DNA of 64,000 bases from Actinomycetaceae bacterium (GCA_030538185.1 JAUNUK010000003.1:110125-174124), one strand, 5' to 3'. Numbered from the stretch's first letter, positions 28,041 through 38,457 are shown. The notes: generated by a model not told the origin, from the sequence alone. Numbers and translations are program-made.

Positions 28041-29384
28041 TTACTCCGCTGCGACCGGCAGGTTCATGGACTTCAAGGTATCCACAGAGGTCTTCTGTGC
28101 TGCCTCGAAGATATCCATCACTTTGCCGCCCGTTGCTACGTTGGCGGCTGCCTTCGCCATTTCAGGACCCACGGCAGAGAAACCAGGCATGTAGACAAAA
28201 TTCGGGTTCATATTGTCATTGGCCTTGGCCAGTTCTGCAGCCACATCCTGCCCACCAAACTGACGCTTGATCTTCTCAGGGGTGGCAACCGTGCCCTTGG
28301 CAGCAACGACCAGACCCTGTGAAGCCAGGGGATCAATCTGGGTGTTGAACCAGGCGTTGAACTTCATGGCCTGTTCTGGGTACTTGCAGCCCTTCATGAC
28401 GGCCACGCCGGAACCACCGTCGGGACCAGTCATAACTCCCTTGCCGAAGTCAGGTAGCTGCGTAACGGCCCACGTGCCTTGGGCGTCTTCTGCGACGATG
28501 CCGTCAAGCATGAAGCCTGCTTCCCATGCCGCACCGATATTGCCAATCAGCTGGCCGTCTTTCAGGGCCTTCGTGTAGGCGTCATCCCAGCGGTTGAGGT
28601 TCAAAGCCGCGTTCGAGTCCAACAATTCCTGCCAGAAGTCGGCAACAACCTTGGAACCTGCGCCATTGGTTTCGACCTTCCAGTTGTCAGCCTGAGCCGT
28701 GTACCACACGTCGCCTGCGGCAGCAGCCTGGCCGGATAGCCACATTTGGGCCTCGTCTGGCTCAAAGGCAGCAATGTACTTACCCTGAGCAGCAGCTTCC
28801 TTTGCCATGTTCTTGAATTCATCCAGGGTGGTGGGAACCTTCAAGCCCAGGGCCTCAAAAGCGGCCTTATCGTAGAAGTACACCAGCGGACCGGTATCCT
28901 GGGGCAGGCCGACAGCCTTGCCTGCCACTGTCATCAGGGAGTACGCACCTGGAGCAAAATCGCCCTTGTATTTTTCAGCTTCTGCGGTTACGTCTTCGAC
29001 CAGGCCCTTGGTGTAGAGCTCTGGGACCTCGGCGTAACCCAGCTGGGCCAAACAAGGAGCGTTGTCAGCCTTGATATCGGTCTCCAACTTCTTGATCATT
29101 TCGTTGGCTTTGCCATCGAATTTCGTGGCCGTGACCTTGATATCTGGATTTTCTTCATTCCACTTGGCCACAACATCAGCCACAGGTGTCATGCCGTCCC
29201 CATCGGGCAGGCGGTGCAGGTAAGCAATCTCTACCGTTTCAGCAGCATCTTTGCTTGGAGCATCAGCGGATTCTGTCGGTTCAGCTGCCTTGCCTCCCCC
29301 ACAAGCGCTCAAGCCCAGCCCAGCAGCGGCAACCAGTGCCACGAAAGACATCGTCTTGCGCTTTGACCATGTTGGTGTCTTCAT
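28041..29384 (-). CDS. sugar (GNB/LNB-type candidate) ABC substrate-binding lipoprotein
   Basis: It has the lipobox GLSACGG. I prefer the start MKTPTW at 29384 (AAAGGGA Shine-Dalgarno), with 29399 as an alternative. The 29615 start would overlap the GH112 gene. Confidence 0.8.
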   Translation of the reverse strand: MKTPTWSKRKTMSFVALVAAAGLGLSACGGGKAAEPTESADAPSKDAAETVEIAYLHRLPDGDGMTPVADVVAKWNEENPDIKVTATKFDGKANEMIKKLETDIKADNAPCLAQLGYAEVPELYTKGLVEDVTAEAEKYKGDFAPGAYSLMTVAGKAVGLPQDTGPLVYFYDKAAFEALGLKVPTTLDEFKNMAKEAAAQGKYIAAFEPDEAQMWLSGQAAAAGDVWYTAQADNWKVETNGAGSKVVADFWQELLDSNAALNLNRWDDAYTKALKDGQLIGNIGAAWEAGFMLDGIVAEDAQGTWAVTQLPDFGKGVMTGPDGGSGVAVMKGCKYPEQAMKFNAWFNTQIDPLASQGLVVAAKGTVATPEKIKRQFGGQDVAAELAKANDNMNPNFVYMPGFSAVGPEMAKAAANVATGGKVMDIFEAAQKTSVDTLKSMNLPVAAE

Positions 29385-29484
29385 CTGTTTCCCTTTCATT
29401 CTTGGAACTTCACGCCCTTGCGCGTCCGTGGAAATAGCTTTCCACCTCGAACGCAGCCATTTCCTTACGACGCATTGTGTGTCC

Positions 29485-31845
29485 CTATGGGTTGTGGAGA
29501 TCAAACCACCTGGCCTCAAGGCCACGCAGTCTGATCTCCTCCACCTGCGAACTTCCGTGAAGAGTGCAGGTGACATCGTGTTCTGTGTTGTTGTAGGCGC
29601 ACAACTTGACGCCATTTTCTCCCGTGTACACAGCTACTTCCACGCGAGGATCATCGGCATACCACAGGGGATCTTCTGCCCCTGCCGCGCGCGCCTGAAA
29701 ACCAGCCGCCCACAGGATTGCCCTGTACAGCACGCAAGCATTGGTCTCCGAATACGGCAAACCTGCCAGGTACACGCCATGCCCTTTACCGTAGCTGTTT
29801 ACCGCCGCTCGGATCCCGGTTTCGTTTAGCGCCAAAACCTGAGTGGCTTCGTTTATGGCAAAGACGTTCTTGGCATCTTCTGCCGTTTGATCCAGCTCCA
29901 GGCGGGTTTTGCCTCCCGGAGCTTTTTCGCTTCCGTCCAATACATAATGATTTCCGAGGGCGGTTTGTGGGCGACGTGACGACAGTCCCTGGCCCAGTTC
30001 TTTATCAACCCCCAACACGTCGGCCATCTGGAAGAAATGCGTTGACGCCCCAGGCTTGTGGACCTTGTGCGCAGAGGGTTCACCCACGCCAATAAAGCCA
30101 CCGCCGCCTGCGACCCAAGCGCGTAAGAGTGTCAGGAGTTGCGGATTTTCCCACACGCTCCCGCCGCTAAACGCCGTGTCCGCTGCCCCGACATTGATAA
30201 GGACATCGGTTTCTTCCAAGACGCTTTCATCACTAAGGATCTGGTCGAAGGACACGAAGCGCACGTCAAAAGGCAGTCCTGCCAAGGCTTCTAGGACACC
30301 GATCCACGGGTGTGTCAGTCGGTAATACTGTGCATGCGACACCATATGTGTCTGCCAGGAACGCAAGGCCCCCCAAGCGTTTAAAATGCTCACACGCACT
30401 GGTGAGTTCACGGGCCTCTTACCAGCACTGGCTGCGTGTATGCCCCGAAACTCTGCCACGATTTCTTCCATGCGGTCCATGAAGCGCGGATATTTCAAGG
30501 CCAGCGACAGGTAGCCGCCGTAGCCAATCCTGTCCAGAGGCGAACGCATGATGGCCCTGCGTGCGGCCCTCCATGATTCGTTGGCCTCCCCTACTGGATC
30601 GCCCTCGTCACAAAAAACGTCGGGGAAGAAATAAGGAAGGAAGCGCCCTTCTGTGTAGCGCACGCCCGGAATGTCTGAGATCATTCTGCAGGTGGCGGCA
30701 GATCCCACAGAGCCGACCACCGCGTCCATTCCGATGTCCGCAAAGTGCGGGCCGTAGGGCTCCGTGCCGATCCAGTTGTCGCCTAGGAACATCATGGCTT
30801 CTTTACCGGCCGCGTGGGCCTTGTCTACCAGGACCTTGGCGCGTGACGCCACGAAAGCGGAGAGAAAATCGATCCAATCCAGGAAGCGTCGCGAGGGACT
30901 GCGGAAAGGATTATTATAAAATCCCTGGTCAACAAAGTCTTCGGGGGTCAGTTCGTAGCCGTATTGGGCGGCGAAGGCTTGCAACGCCTCAATGGAAACG
31001 GAGGCAGAATACCCGAACCATTCGACGAACTTTTCGCGTCCTGCGTAGTCATAGGCGATGGTGAAGTGGTAGAAAAATGTTGTAAACCTGACAACGTCGA
31101 CCTCTGGGTGCTCGGCCAGCCACAGGTCCAGACCCTCCTGCATGTGCTGCCAAACCTCGGGTCGCCAGGCATCGTAGGGCAGCTCCTTGTGGCGCGCGGG
31201 GTCCTTATACCAGTCATTAGTCACGTAGTTATACATCTGAGTGGAGTCCCAGATCTGTTTGGCCAAGACATTCACCGTGTATTCGTGGCCGACCTGGGTG
31301 TTTTCGATGATCACGCGCACCGGCACCAGCGGCACAGACGGCGGCCTTGTTTCGGAAATATGTGCAGGGGCTGGATATTTGCCCTGGTCAGCTGTGTCTA
31401 CCAGATTTGCTTTGGGCACGCCCAGTTTCTTCGCCTCACCCAGATCCCTTGTCACATGCCACGCCGAGGGCGCCACGGTTTCACCCGTGGTCCTATCAAT
31501 GACCTGCCAGTATTTGGTCACGTCGCAGTCAATATCTGCCACGAACTGGTGCGGGAAGTACCCTGCCATCGGGTCTATTTCTAATGGGCCTTCGGCAAGG
31601 GATGTGCGGGGGGCTGACATGAGGTACTGGTGAACGAAGGAATCAGGATGTCCAAGCGCCCATTCTTGATCTCCGCGCGCCGGGAAATACGTCGAATAAA
31701 CCTTGGTTGCCAGTTCGCTCACGAGGGCGGGTAGTTCAGTGCCGTCAGAATTCCTGACTGCATCGGCTTTAAATCGCGCAAGCACTTGAAGAATCTGCTC
31801 GTCAATTCCAGTTTCAATAGGGAGCGTGAGCCTTCCAGCCGGCAT
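29485..31845 (-). CDS. GH112 1,3-beta-galactosyl-N-acetylhexosamine (galacto/lacto-N-biose) phosphorylase
   Basis: The N-terminus GRLTLP...DAVRNSDGTELP...YSTYFPARGDQEW matches my memory of bifidobacterial LnpA. It is 786 aa long. Confidence 0.85.
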   Translation of the reverse strand: MPAGRLTLPIETGIDEQILQVLARFKADAVRNSDGTELPALVSELATKVYSTYFPARGDQEWALGHPDSFVHQYLMSAPRTSLAEGPLEIDPMAGYFPHQFVADIDCDVTKYWQVIDRTTGETVAPSAWHVTRDLGEAKKLGVPKANLVDTADQGKYPAPAHISETRPPSVPLVPVRVIIENTQVGHEYTVNVLAKQIWDSTQMYNYVTNDWYKDPARHKELPYDAWRPEVWQHMQEGLDLWLAEHPEVDVVRFTTFFYHFTIAYDYAGREKFVEWFGYSASVSIEALQAFAAQYGYELTPEDFVDQGFYNNPFRSPSRRFLDWIDFLSAFVASRAKVLVDKAHAAGKEAMMFLGDNWIGTEPYGPHFADIGMDAVVGSVGSAATCRMISDIPGVRYTEGRFLPYFFPDVFCDEGDPVGEANESWRAARRAIMRSPLDRIGYGGYLSLALKYPRFMDRMEEIVAEFRGIHAASAGKRPVNSPVRVSILNAWGALRSWQTHMVSHAQYYRLTHPWIGVLEALAGLPFDVRFVSFDQILSDESVLEETDVLINVGAADTAFSGGSVWENPQLLTLLRAWVAGGGGFIGVGEPSAHKVHKPGASTHFFQMADVLGVDKELGQGLSSRRPQTALGNHYVLDGSEKAPGGKTRLELDQTAEDAKNVFAINEATQVLALNETGIRAAVNSYGKGHGVYLAGLPYSETNACVLYRAILWAAGFQARAAGAEDPLWYADDPRVEVAVYTGENGVKLCAYNNTEHDVTCTLHGSSQVEEIRLRGLEARWFDLHNP
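29950..29962 (+). repeat. copy of 13-mer ATTTCCGAGGGCG (in GH112 CDS, antisense)
   Basis: This is an exact match on the plus strand. Confidence 0.9.
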
Positions 31846-32027
31846 TCCTGCGCCTTTCTTTCACAACAGAGTTATAAGAAAGAATAGTCCCGATTGCTAC
31901 TTTTTGAAAGATTTACCTGATCTTCAATCAGTTTCAATCACCTATTAATATACTATTACCCGGCTAAAGACGCATCACCCCCAAGGTCTCAGTTTGGGCA
32001 CGAAATACTGAAAACTTCACTTCAACC

Positions 32028-33041
32028 TTACATTTGCGCGACGGTACCGCGTTCCTTTATCTCCGCAGCAATCAATTGGTGTCTCGGTGTGGGCTGTTTC
32101 CCGCCGACGACCTCGACCAGGTACTTACCTGCCTGTCGTCCAAGCAGGTCACGCGGAGAATACACCTCGGTGAAGGCACGCTCGAGATACCCGACTTTTA
32201 CACCCAGAGACACCACCGAGAGATCCCGAGGAATCCTCATCCCCAAGCTCTCACACAAGATACCCAAGCCTTCCAATGCGGGGGCATTATTTGATATCAC
32301 TGCCGTAATCCCTCGATCTTTTTTCAACCTCTCAAGGATCCCTAGCGCAGACGACACCTGCTCAGGGATAGCAATACGCTGCAGTTCCACGCCTAAAGAC
32401 TCAGCAGCCTTTGATGCACCGTGCCACAAACATCCATCAATTCTTTCACGAGAAGCCTTACCTGGACCGTCCACCGTTCGAAGCACGGTCAAGATTTTTT
32501 TGTGTCCATTATTCGCAACGTGCTCAATTGCCAAACGCGCCTGACCGATAAAGTCAGCGTCAACTGTGGGAATCCCATCCTCGACCCCTGTGGCGCCAAG
32601 CGCCACTGCCGGAACATTTTCCTTACGCAAGATGGCTTCACGTGAGTCGTTCAGACCTACATCCATCAATATGAAAGAGCTCACGGCACAGGATTGCACA
32701 AAGGCGCGGAAAGCCTGTTCATCGTCATCAATAATTGGGAATACCACCGAGGCCCCCAGCGGTTCAAACACCTGTCGCATGCCGTGGACATACTCGAGGT
32801 CAAAGGCATCCAAAACCGAGTTGCGATACTGAAAAGCCACCCCAACCGAATGCAGCCCCCGGCGCGCAAGCGCCTGGGCGCGGTAATCAGGGGTATAACC
32901 CAACTCGTCAATAGCCCCAAGCACTCTTAGGCGGGTCGCCTCAGAGATAGGCCTAGCACCATTGAGAACATAGGTCACCGTCGAAGGTGAGACCCCAGCC
33001 AATGCGGCAACATCACGCCTGGTTGGTTGAATTCTCGCCAC
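32028..33041 (-). CDS. LacI-family transcriptional regulator
   Basis: It has an N-terminal HTH (RRDVAALAGVSPSTVTYVLNG) and a periplasmic-binding-protein-like core. Confidence 0.88.
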   Translation of the reverse strand: MARIQPTRRDVAALAGVSPSTVTYVLNGARPISEATRLRVLGAIDELGYTPDYRAQALARRGLHSVGVAFQYRNSVLDAFDLEYVHGMRQVFEPLGASVVFPIIDDDEQAFRAFVQSCAVSSFILMDVGLNDSREAILRKENVPAVALGATGVEDGIPTVDADFIGQARLAIEHVANNGHKKILTVLRTVDGPGKASRERIDGCLWHGASKAAESLGVELQRIAIPEQVSSALGILERLKKDRGITAVISNNAPALEGLGILCESLGMRIPRDLSVVSLGVKVGYLERAFTEVYSPRDLLGRQAGKYLVEVVGGKQPTPRHQLIAAEIKERGTVAQM

Positions 33042-33108
33042 CTTGCCATCCTCTAACTACCGTAGACCCAACTGATGCGGATGAGCAGCCCACCCCAGCA
33101 ACTCAAGT

Positions 33109-34830
33109 TTACATTTCCGCAGGTCGCAGCCAAACAGCGTCATTAGGTTCCAATACGACCGGCATAGGTGAGCCCTCCGAATACTGCGGCCAGTCTCTAG
33201 AAGCCATAAGGACCTTCCCGGGCATGCACGTTTGAGCTTCCATACCCATATTGACTGCCAGAACAATATCGCCATTTAGGACCATCAGAACATCTGGGTG
33301 CGATTCCAGCCATATCAATCCGCCCTCGGCAAGTTTTAAGGACGATCGCGTGGCGATAAGTGCCCTGTACCACGCCAGGGTTGATGTGGGGTCAAGGTCC
33401 TGTGAGGAGGCAGACAGGCTCCCCCAGTCCTCGGGGATCGGAAGCCAGGATTTCCCACTTGCGCTAAAGCCCAGGGAATCCCCCTGAGTCTCCCACGGCA
33501 GGGGAACGCGACACCCGTCGCGCCCACGCACCCGGTGCCCAGTCCTGGCCCATATTGGGTCCTCGCGGCACTCATCAGGCAGCAAAGTGGCCTCTGGTAA
33601 GCCCAGTTCCTCGCCTTGGTAGATGTACCAAGAGCCGGGCAAACCCGCGAGGAACAGGGTCAGTGCCTTGGCCCTGCGCAGGCCCATAACACCATCGGGC
33701 TGCGGATCCGTGGGGCCAATGCCCGCAGACATATCTGCCAAATAAGGGTATCCAAATCGCGTGGCGTGCCTGACCACATCGTGATTGGACAACACCCAGG
33801 TCGTTGGCGCACCCACTGCCGCATTCGCAGTGACGCTATTGGTGATAATACGGCGTAATGTTTGGGCATTCCATCCACATTTGAGCACGTCAAAGTTGAA
33901 GGCCTGCGACATTTCGTCTTCACGGACATAGCGCGCCTGCCGTTCAGGTGGGGTCACCCATGCCTCAGCGACCATCATGCGATCGCTGCCATGCCCATCC
34001 AAGACCTTTCGCCAATCGCGGTAGATCTCGTGGACACCCTCTTGGTCATAATAGGGACCCGCATCCCCTGCCTTGGCACCATTGTCTTCAGAATGCCAGC
34101 GGTCAGGGCCAATATGGTCATCGGGGAAGGCAGGATCCTTGACTAGGCCATTGGCGACATCTACACGGAAGCCTGCCACACCACGATCCATCCAGAATTT
34201 AAAGAACTCCTGGAAATGATCGCGCACATCTTGGTTATCCCAGTTCACATCTGGTTGGCTGGGGTCGAAAAGATGCATGTACCACCAGTCTTTGTCCTCT
34301 TCCTTGCCAGATAGTGGCTGGACGAGAGACCAGGCAGGGCCACCAAAATTTGCACCCCAGTTCGTCGGAGGCTTTCCCTCGCTGTGTTTGAAGATATAGC
34401 GATCGCGTTCCCTTGACCCATGCCCAGCCCCGAGGGCGTCTTGGAACCACTGATGCTGTGAGGATGTGTGGTTTGGAACGACATCAATAATGATCTTGAT
34501 GTTGTTTTCCTTTGCCAGCTCGACAATCTGATCGAATTCTTCCAAGGTGCCGTATTCAGGGTTAATAGCGAAATAATCGCTTACGTCATACCCGGTATCG
34601 TTTTGCGGGGAAGGATAAAACGGCGAGAACCAAATCGCGTCAATCCCAAGATCAACAAGATGCGAGAAGCGTTGAATAACCCCAGAGAAATCTCCGATCC
34701 CATCTCCATTGCCATCAGCAAAGGAGCGAGGATAGATCTGGTAGATGACGGCCCTGCGCCACCACTGGTCGAGATCATGTCTGGGAACTAGGATCTCTGC
34801 CAAGTTCTTTGATACCGGTGTAACGCTCAC
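33109..34830 (-). CDS. GH13 alpha-glucosidase / oligo-1,6-glucosidase
   Basis: It has the conserved GH13 regions DVVPNHTS, GFRVDVAN, MVAEAW and LSNHDV. Its start overlaps the stop of the upstream permease gene (ATGA). Confidence 0.9.
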   Translation of the reverse strand: MSVTPVSKNLAEILVPRHDLDQWWRRAVIYQIYPRSFADGNGDGIGDFSGVIQRFSHLVDLGIDAIWFSPFYPSPQNDTGYDVSDYFAINPEYGTLEEFDQIVELAKENNIKIIIDVVPNHTSSQHQWFQDALGAGHGSRERDRYIFKHSEGKPPTNWGANFGGPAWSLVQPLSGKEEDKDWWYMHLFDPSQPDVNWDNQDVRDHFQEFFKFWMDRGVAGFRVDVANGLVKDPAFPDDHIGPDRWHSEDNGAKAGDAGPYYDQEGVHEIYRDWRKVLDGHGSDRMMVAEAWVTPPERQARYVREDEMSQAFNFDVLKCGWNAQTLRRIITNSVTANAAVGAPTTWVLSNHDVVRHATRFGYPYLADMSAGIGPTDPQPDGVMGLRRAKALTLFLAGLPGSWYIYQGEELGLPEATLLPDECREDPIWARTGHRVRGRDGCRVPLPWETQGDSLGFSASGKSWLPIPEDWGSLSASSQDLDPTSTLAWYRALIATRSSLKLAEGGLIWLESHPDVLMVLNGDIVLAVNMGMEAQTCMPGKVLMASRDWPQYSEGSPMPVVLEPNDAVWLRPAEM

Positions 34831-35666
34831 TGTTTCACTCCTCCTGCTGCCAATCCGGCAACTATTCTGCGTTGAAATAAAAGTACTAGCAAGATCAATG
34901 GGATGGTAACCAAGACACCTGCCGCCATTTGAGAGCCATATGGTGTCTCAAACTGGGACACTCCCCCGAACTTGGAGATGGCAACAGGTGCAGTCTGCAT
35001 GGTGGGGTCGTTGATCATTGTGGTTGCAATCAAAAACTCATTCCAGGTATTGATGAAGACAATGATCGCCGTCGTGAACACACCTGGGGCTGCTAGCGGC
35101 AAGATGATCTTTTGGAAGGACTGCCAGGGTGTGCAGCCGTCTACCATTGCCGCCTGCTCCAATTCCTGAGGCATCTGCTTAAAGAAGCTGGTCAGATTCC
35201 AAACAGCCAAGGGAATCGCAAAGGACAAATTGGGGACAACAAGGGCCTGGTAGGTGTTTATCCAATTCCAATCCGTAAAGAGTTTCAATAAGGGCACCAC
35301 GATAGCCACCAGGGGGAACATCGAAGTCGCAATAATGATGATCAGCAGCGCCCCACGTCCTCGAAACTCCAGCCTGGCCAGCGCATATGAGGCAAATGTG
35401 GCAATCACTAGGGCAATGACGGTTGTGGTAACCGATACGATCACCGAATTCAGCATTGATCCTGTAAAACCGCGACTTGGATCAAAGACCGCGCCGTAGT
35501 TTTCAAAAGACACAGTGGAAGGCCACCAAGAAATCTCGAAAACATCTTGTGGTCTGCGCAAGGATGAGACGATCATCCAATAGAAGGGAGCCAGACAGTA
35601 CACGATGATCAGTGCCACCCCTGCAACACTAAAGAGTATTGAGAGCTTTTGGGATTTGGGTTTCAT
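34827..35666 (-). CDS. carbohydrate ABC transporter permease
   Basis: It has the EAA loop LEQAAMVDGCTPWQ. I prefer the MKPKSQ start at 35666, just after the upstream stop at 35671. Confidence 0.85.
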   Translation of the reverse strand: MKPKSQKLSILFSVAGVALIIVYCLAPFYWMIVSSLRRPQDVFEISWWPSTVSFENYGAVFDPSRGFTGSMLNSVIVSVTTTVIALVIATFASYALARLEFRGRGALLIIIIATSMFPLVAIVVPLLKLFTDWNWINTYQALVVPNLSFAIPLAVWNLTSFFKQMPQELEQAAMVDGCTPWQSFQKIILPLAAPGVFTTAIIVFINTWNEFLIATTMINDPTMQTAPVAISKFGGVSQFETPYGSQMAAGVLVTIPLILLVLLFQRRIVAGLAAGGVKQ

Positions 35667-35670
35667 GGCT

Positions 35671-36711
35671 TCACCCTTCACTTCCACCGAGTACAGGCTG
35701 CAGCTTTCTGGCCTCAGTGTTTTCTATGGCTTCATTGGCTGCCTTGCGACGCTTCGCCTGGGCTCTGCGCGAGAACAGGCGCAGCTTTGAGCCCTTGGAA
35801 TCCCGGGAACCTTCGCTGCCAATAATGTCGGCACCCAAAATCTTTACGAAGACCAGGACGATGACGAAGATGTAGGCAAAGAGCAACATGGCATTGGCGC
35901 TGGCCGCTCCATATCTGAGATTAGAAGCGTGGTCTTGGACCAGCATCGACAGCGTCTCAACCGACTGTTTGCGTGCTCCTATCAGGATGTAGGGCAGGTC
36001 GAACATCCTCAGGGCATCAAGAGACCTGAATAAGACCGCCACCACCAGAGCAGGACGCACCAAGGGCAGTGTGATGGATGTGAATCTTTTCCACACATTT
36101 GCCCCATCGATTTTGGCTGCTTCGTAGACGTCCTCGGGAATAATCTGTAACCCCGCCAAAACCAATAGGCCGATAAATGGAGCTGTTTTCCACACGTCGG
36201 CGATAATAATGGCGCTCTTGGCCGTCCAGTCCCCCGTCGCCCAGAGGATCTGCTTACCGATAAGCGAATTCGCAACCCCGTGTGCGTCAAAAATCCATTT
36301 CCACAAGACGGCGGAAACCGCGGTGGGGACAGCCCAGGGGATCAAGATTGCTGCGCGTAGGACGCCACGTCCACGGATCGCCTGATTCATAATCAATGCC
36401 ATGGCCATGCCCAGTATGGTTTCTAGCGAAACCGTGATGACAGCAAATAGCGTTGTGTTAAACAGGGCGTTGAAAAAACGAGAGTCCCCAAATGCGGACG
36501 CGTAGTTATCCAAGGCAACGAAGGGGGAGGTTTCTTGGAAAAAGCCGTCGGCATCCATGCCTGGTTGCCCGAAGAAAGAGTTGATGATGGCCTGTAAAAC
36601 TGGCCACAAAATCACAACCCCGATAAGGATGACCGTGGGGGTAACCAGCATCAGAGCCATCCGTTGCTGCGAAGCCTGACGCTTCGAGAGTTTTATCTTT
36701 GTCTTTGCCAT
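35671..36711 (-). CDS. carbohydrate ABC transporter permease
   Basis: This is a polytopic ORF with the EAA loop VYEAAKIDGANVWKRF. Confidence 0.85.
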   Translation of the reverse strand: MAKTKIKLSKRQASQQRMALMLVTPTVILIGVVILWPVLQAIINSFFGQPGMDADGFFQETSPFVALDNYASAFGDSRFFNALFNTTLFAVITVSLETILGMAMALIMNQAIRGRGVLRAAILIPWAVPTAVSAVLWKWIFDAHGVANSLIGKQILWATGDWTAKSAIIIADVWKTAPFIGLLVLAGLQIIPEDVYEAAKIDGANVWKRFTSITLPLVRPALVVAVLFRSLDALRMFDLPYILIGARKQSVETLSMLVQDHASNLRYGAASANAMLLFAYIFVIVLVFVKILGADIIGSEGSRDSKGSKLRLFSRRAQAKRRKAANEAIENTEARKLQPVLGGSEG

Positions 36712-36721
36712 GATGGACCTC

Positions 36722-36755
36722 CGTGGCTGGAAGGCCCCAGGTCCTTCCAGCCACG
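36722..36755 (-). terminator. intercistronic stem-loop after the binding-protein gene
   Basis: A perfect 13-bp GC-rich stem (CGTGGCTGGAAGG / CCTTCCAGCCACG) sits between the SBP stop (36764) and the permease start (36711). Confidence 0.7.
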
Positions 36756-36763
36756 AGGGAGCC

Positions 36764-38077
36764 TCAGCCCTTGGAGACGATGGCTTCTAAAGATTTTTGC
36801 ATGGTGGCTAACGCTTCTTCAGGTGTAGCCTCGCCTTGCAGAACAGGGGTTACCGCATCCTGGATCGCGGCAGAGAAATCACCGTACTTTACAGCCCGAG
36901 GTCTGGGCTGAGCATTTTCAATCGACGCCTTGAGGGCGGGAAGGTAGGGGTAGAGCTTAGTCATCTCAGCATCGTCGTAAATCTCGCCGTAGACGGGCGC
37001 CAAGGATTCTTCTTTCAAGGTGTACTTTTGTGCTTCTGCATCCGAGTACCACTTCATGAAGTCCAGAGCAGTCGCCTTATTCTTACAAAAGCTTGAGATC
37101 GCAACGTTGTGCCCACCTAATGTGGAGGCCAGTGGCTTACCAGCGAGCGTAGGCAAGGATGTAACTCCAAAGGCATCTGCACCTATGGCCTTTTCATTGA
37201 GCGAGTATTGGTAAGGCCAGTTACGGTAGAAAATAATACGTCCGGCCTCAAAGGCTGCCCGTCCTTCTTCTTCCTTATAGGTCAAGGCTTCTTTAGGGAT
37301 AAACCCTGAAGCAAACCCATCGACTAAGAATTTTAGTCCGGCTGCCGCTTCAGGGGTGTCGATTGCGACCTTGCCTGAGTCATCCAGGAACTTGCCGCCT
37401 TGAGAGTTAATGACCTCTGAAGCGTTGACTGTCAGGCCTTCGTATTTGAAGAATTGTCCCGCATACCCACCGATTGTGGCGTACTCAGGCAGGGCCTTGA
37501 CTGCCTCCCAAGCCTTGATCATGTCTTCCCATGTCGCAGGAACGGTCGTGATACCGGCCTTGGCCAAAATATCCTTGCGGTAATACAGCAAGCCACCATC
37601 CGAGCTATGCGGGATAGCGTAGGTCTTCCCCAGGTACTGTCCCGTTTCCCACACGGGCTTCAGGAACTTGTCGACAGCGAATTCATCTGCTGGCAGTTCG
37701 TCAATCCACCTGTGCGCAGCGAACTCTGGCACATAGATGTTATCCACTGACAGTACACAGTAGGCATCCGACTTGGTCTGAGCATTATTGACCATAGACT
37801 GCCGCTGCTGGTCTGCCTCTGTGGACAGCTCAATCATTGTGACTTTTTCATCCGGATGTTTTTCGTTCCATTGATCCATCAATGCCTGCAGCTTGCCAGC
37901 GTTGTCTTTTCCTTGGACGTAGGTAATGGGACCGCGCCCCTCAAATGACCCACCATCCCCAGATGAGTCCTTCGTTCCACCAGAGCCACTAGAGCCAGAA
38001 CAACCCGCCAAGGCTATCAATGATGCCAGCGCTACGACAGCGCCCACCTGTTTAAGATATTTCTGTGTTTGTTTCAT
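36764..38077 (-). CDS. sugar ABC substrate-binding lipoprotein (alpha-glucoside operon)
   Basis: It has the lipobox LAGCSG and is the first gene of the SBP-permease-permease-GH13 operon. Confidence 0.85.
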   Translation of the reverse strand: MKQTQKYLKQVGAVVALASLIALAGCSGSSGSGGTKDSSGDGGSFEGRGPITYVQGKDNAGKLQALMDQWNEKHPDEKVTMIELSTEADQQRQSMVNNAQTKSDAYCVLSVDNIYVPEFAAHRWIDELPADEFAVDKFLKPVWETGQYLGKTYAIPHSSDGGLLYYRKDILAKAGITTVPATWEDMIKAWEAVKALPEYATIGGYAGQFFKYEGLTVNASEVINSQGGKFLDDSGKVAIDTPEAAAGLKFLVDGFASGFIPKEALTYKEEEGRAAFEAGRIIFYRNWPYQYSLNEKAIGADAFGVTSLPTLAGKPLASTLGGHNVAISSFCKNKATALDFMKWYSDAEAQKYTLKEESLAPVYGEIYDDAEMTKLYPYLPALKASIENAQPRPRAVKYGDFSAAIQDAVTPVLQGEATPEEALATMQKSLEAIVSKG

Positions 38078-38118
38078 CTCGCATAAACTCCCTCGTTGGT
38101 CCGCGAGCCATCGTTCTA

Positions 38119-38132
38119 TCGACGCGCGTCGA
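38119..38132. promoter_or_regulatory. 14-nt perfect palindrome in divergent SBP-SBP intergenic region
   Basis: TCGACGCGCGTCGA lies 42 nt upstream of the 38077 SBP start. Confidence 0.35.
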
Positions 38133-38366
38133 CATGTGTTATTGAGAACGCTACCACGGTTGTTTTCTCAATGCTAGAGCGAAAATGTCCGCATTTATCA
38201 ATAGGTGCGCAAACTTCGTCGCATGAAACCGCATTGAACCCCACCCGACCTCGGGCCAGACAATATCTGGTAGACGCCTACCATTATTTGGTCTCAATTT
38301 GGATACGACCCTGGCCTTCACCTTGACATCACAGGGTTTTCAAAGAATACTCGTAGTTGATCCTTT

Positions 38367-38383
38367 CTGATGTATTGCATCAG
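38367..38383. promoter_or_regulatory. palindrome upstream of the 38458 SBP gene
   Basis: The sequence is CTGATG-TATTG-CATCAG. Confidence 0.3.
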
Positions 38384-38457
38384 GAATCAATCATTATTTA
38401 TCACAACGTGGTGATGGCGCCTCGGGTGCCTGACCGGAATCGAAGGGACATAACTAC

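Noticed and set aside
29400-29615. Upstream extension of the binding-protein ORF to 29615
   Set aside because: It would overlap the GH112 gene by 130 nt. The signal peptide and lipobox begin after the Met codons at 29399 and 29384.
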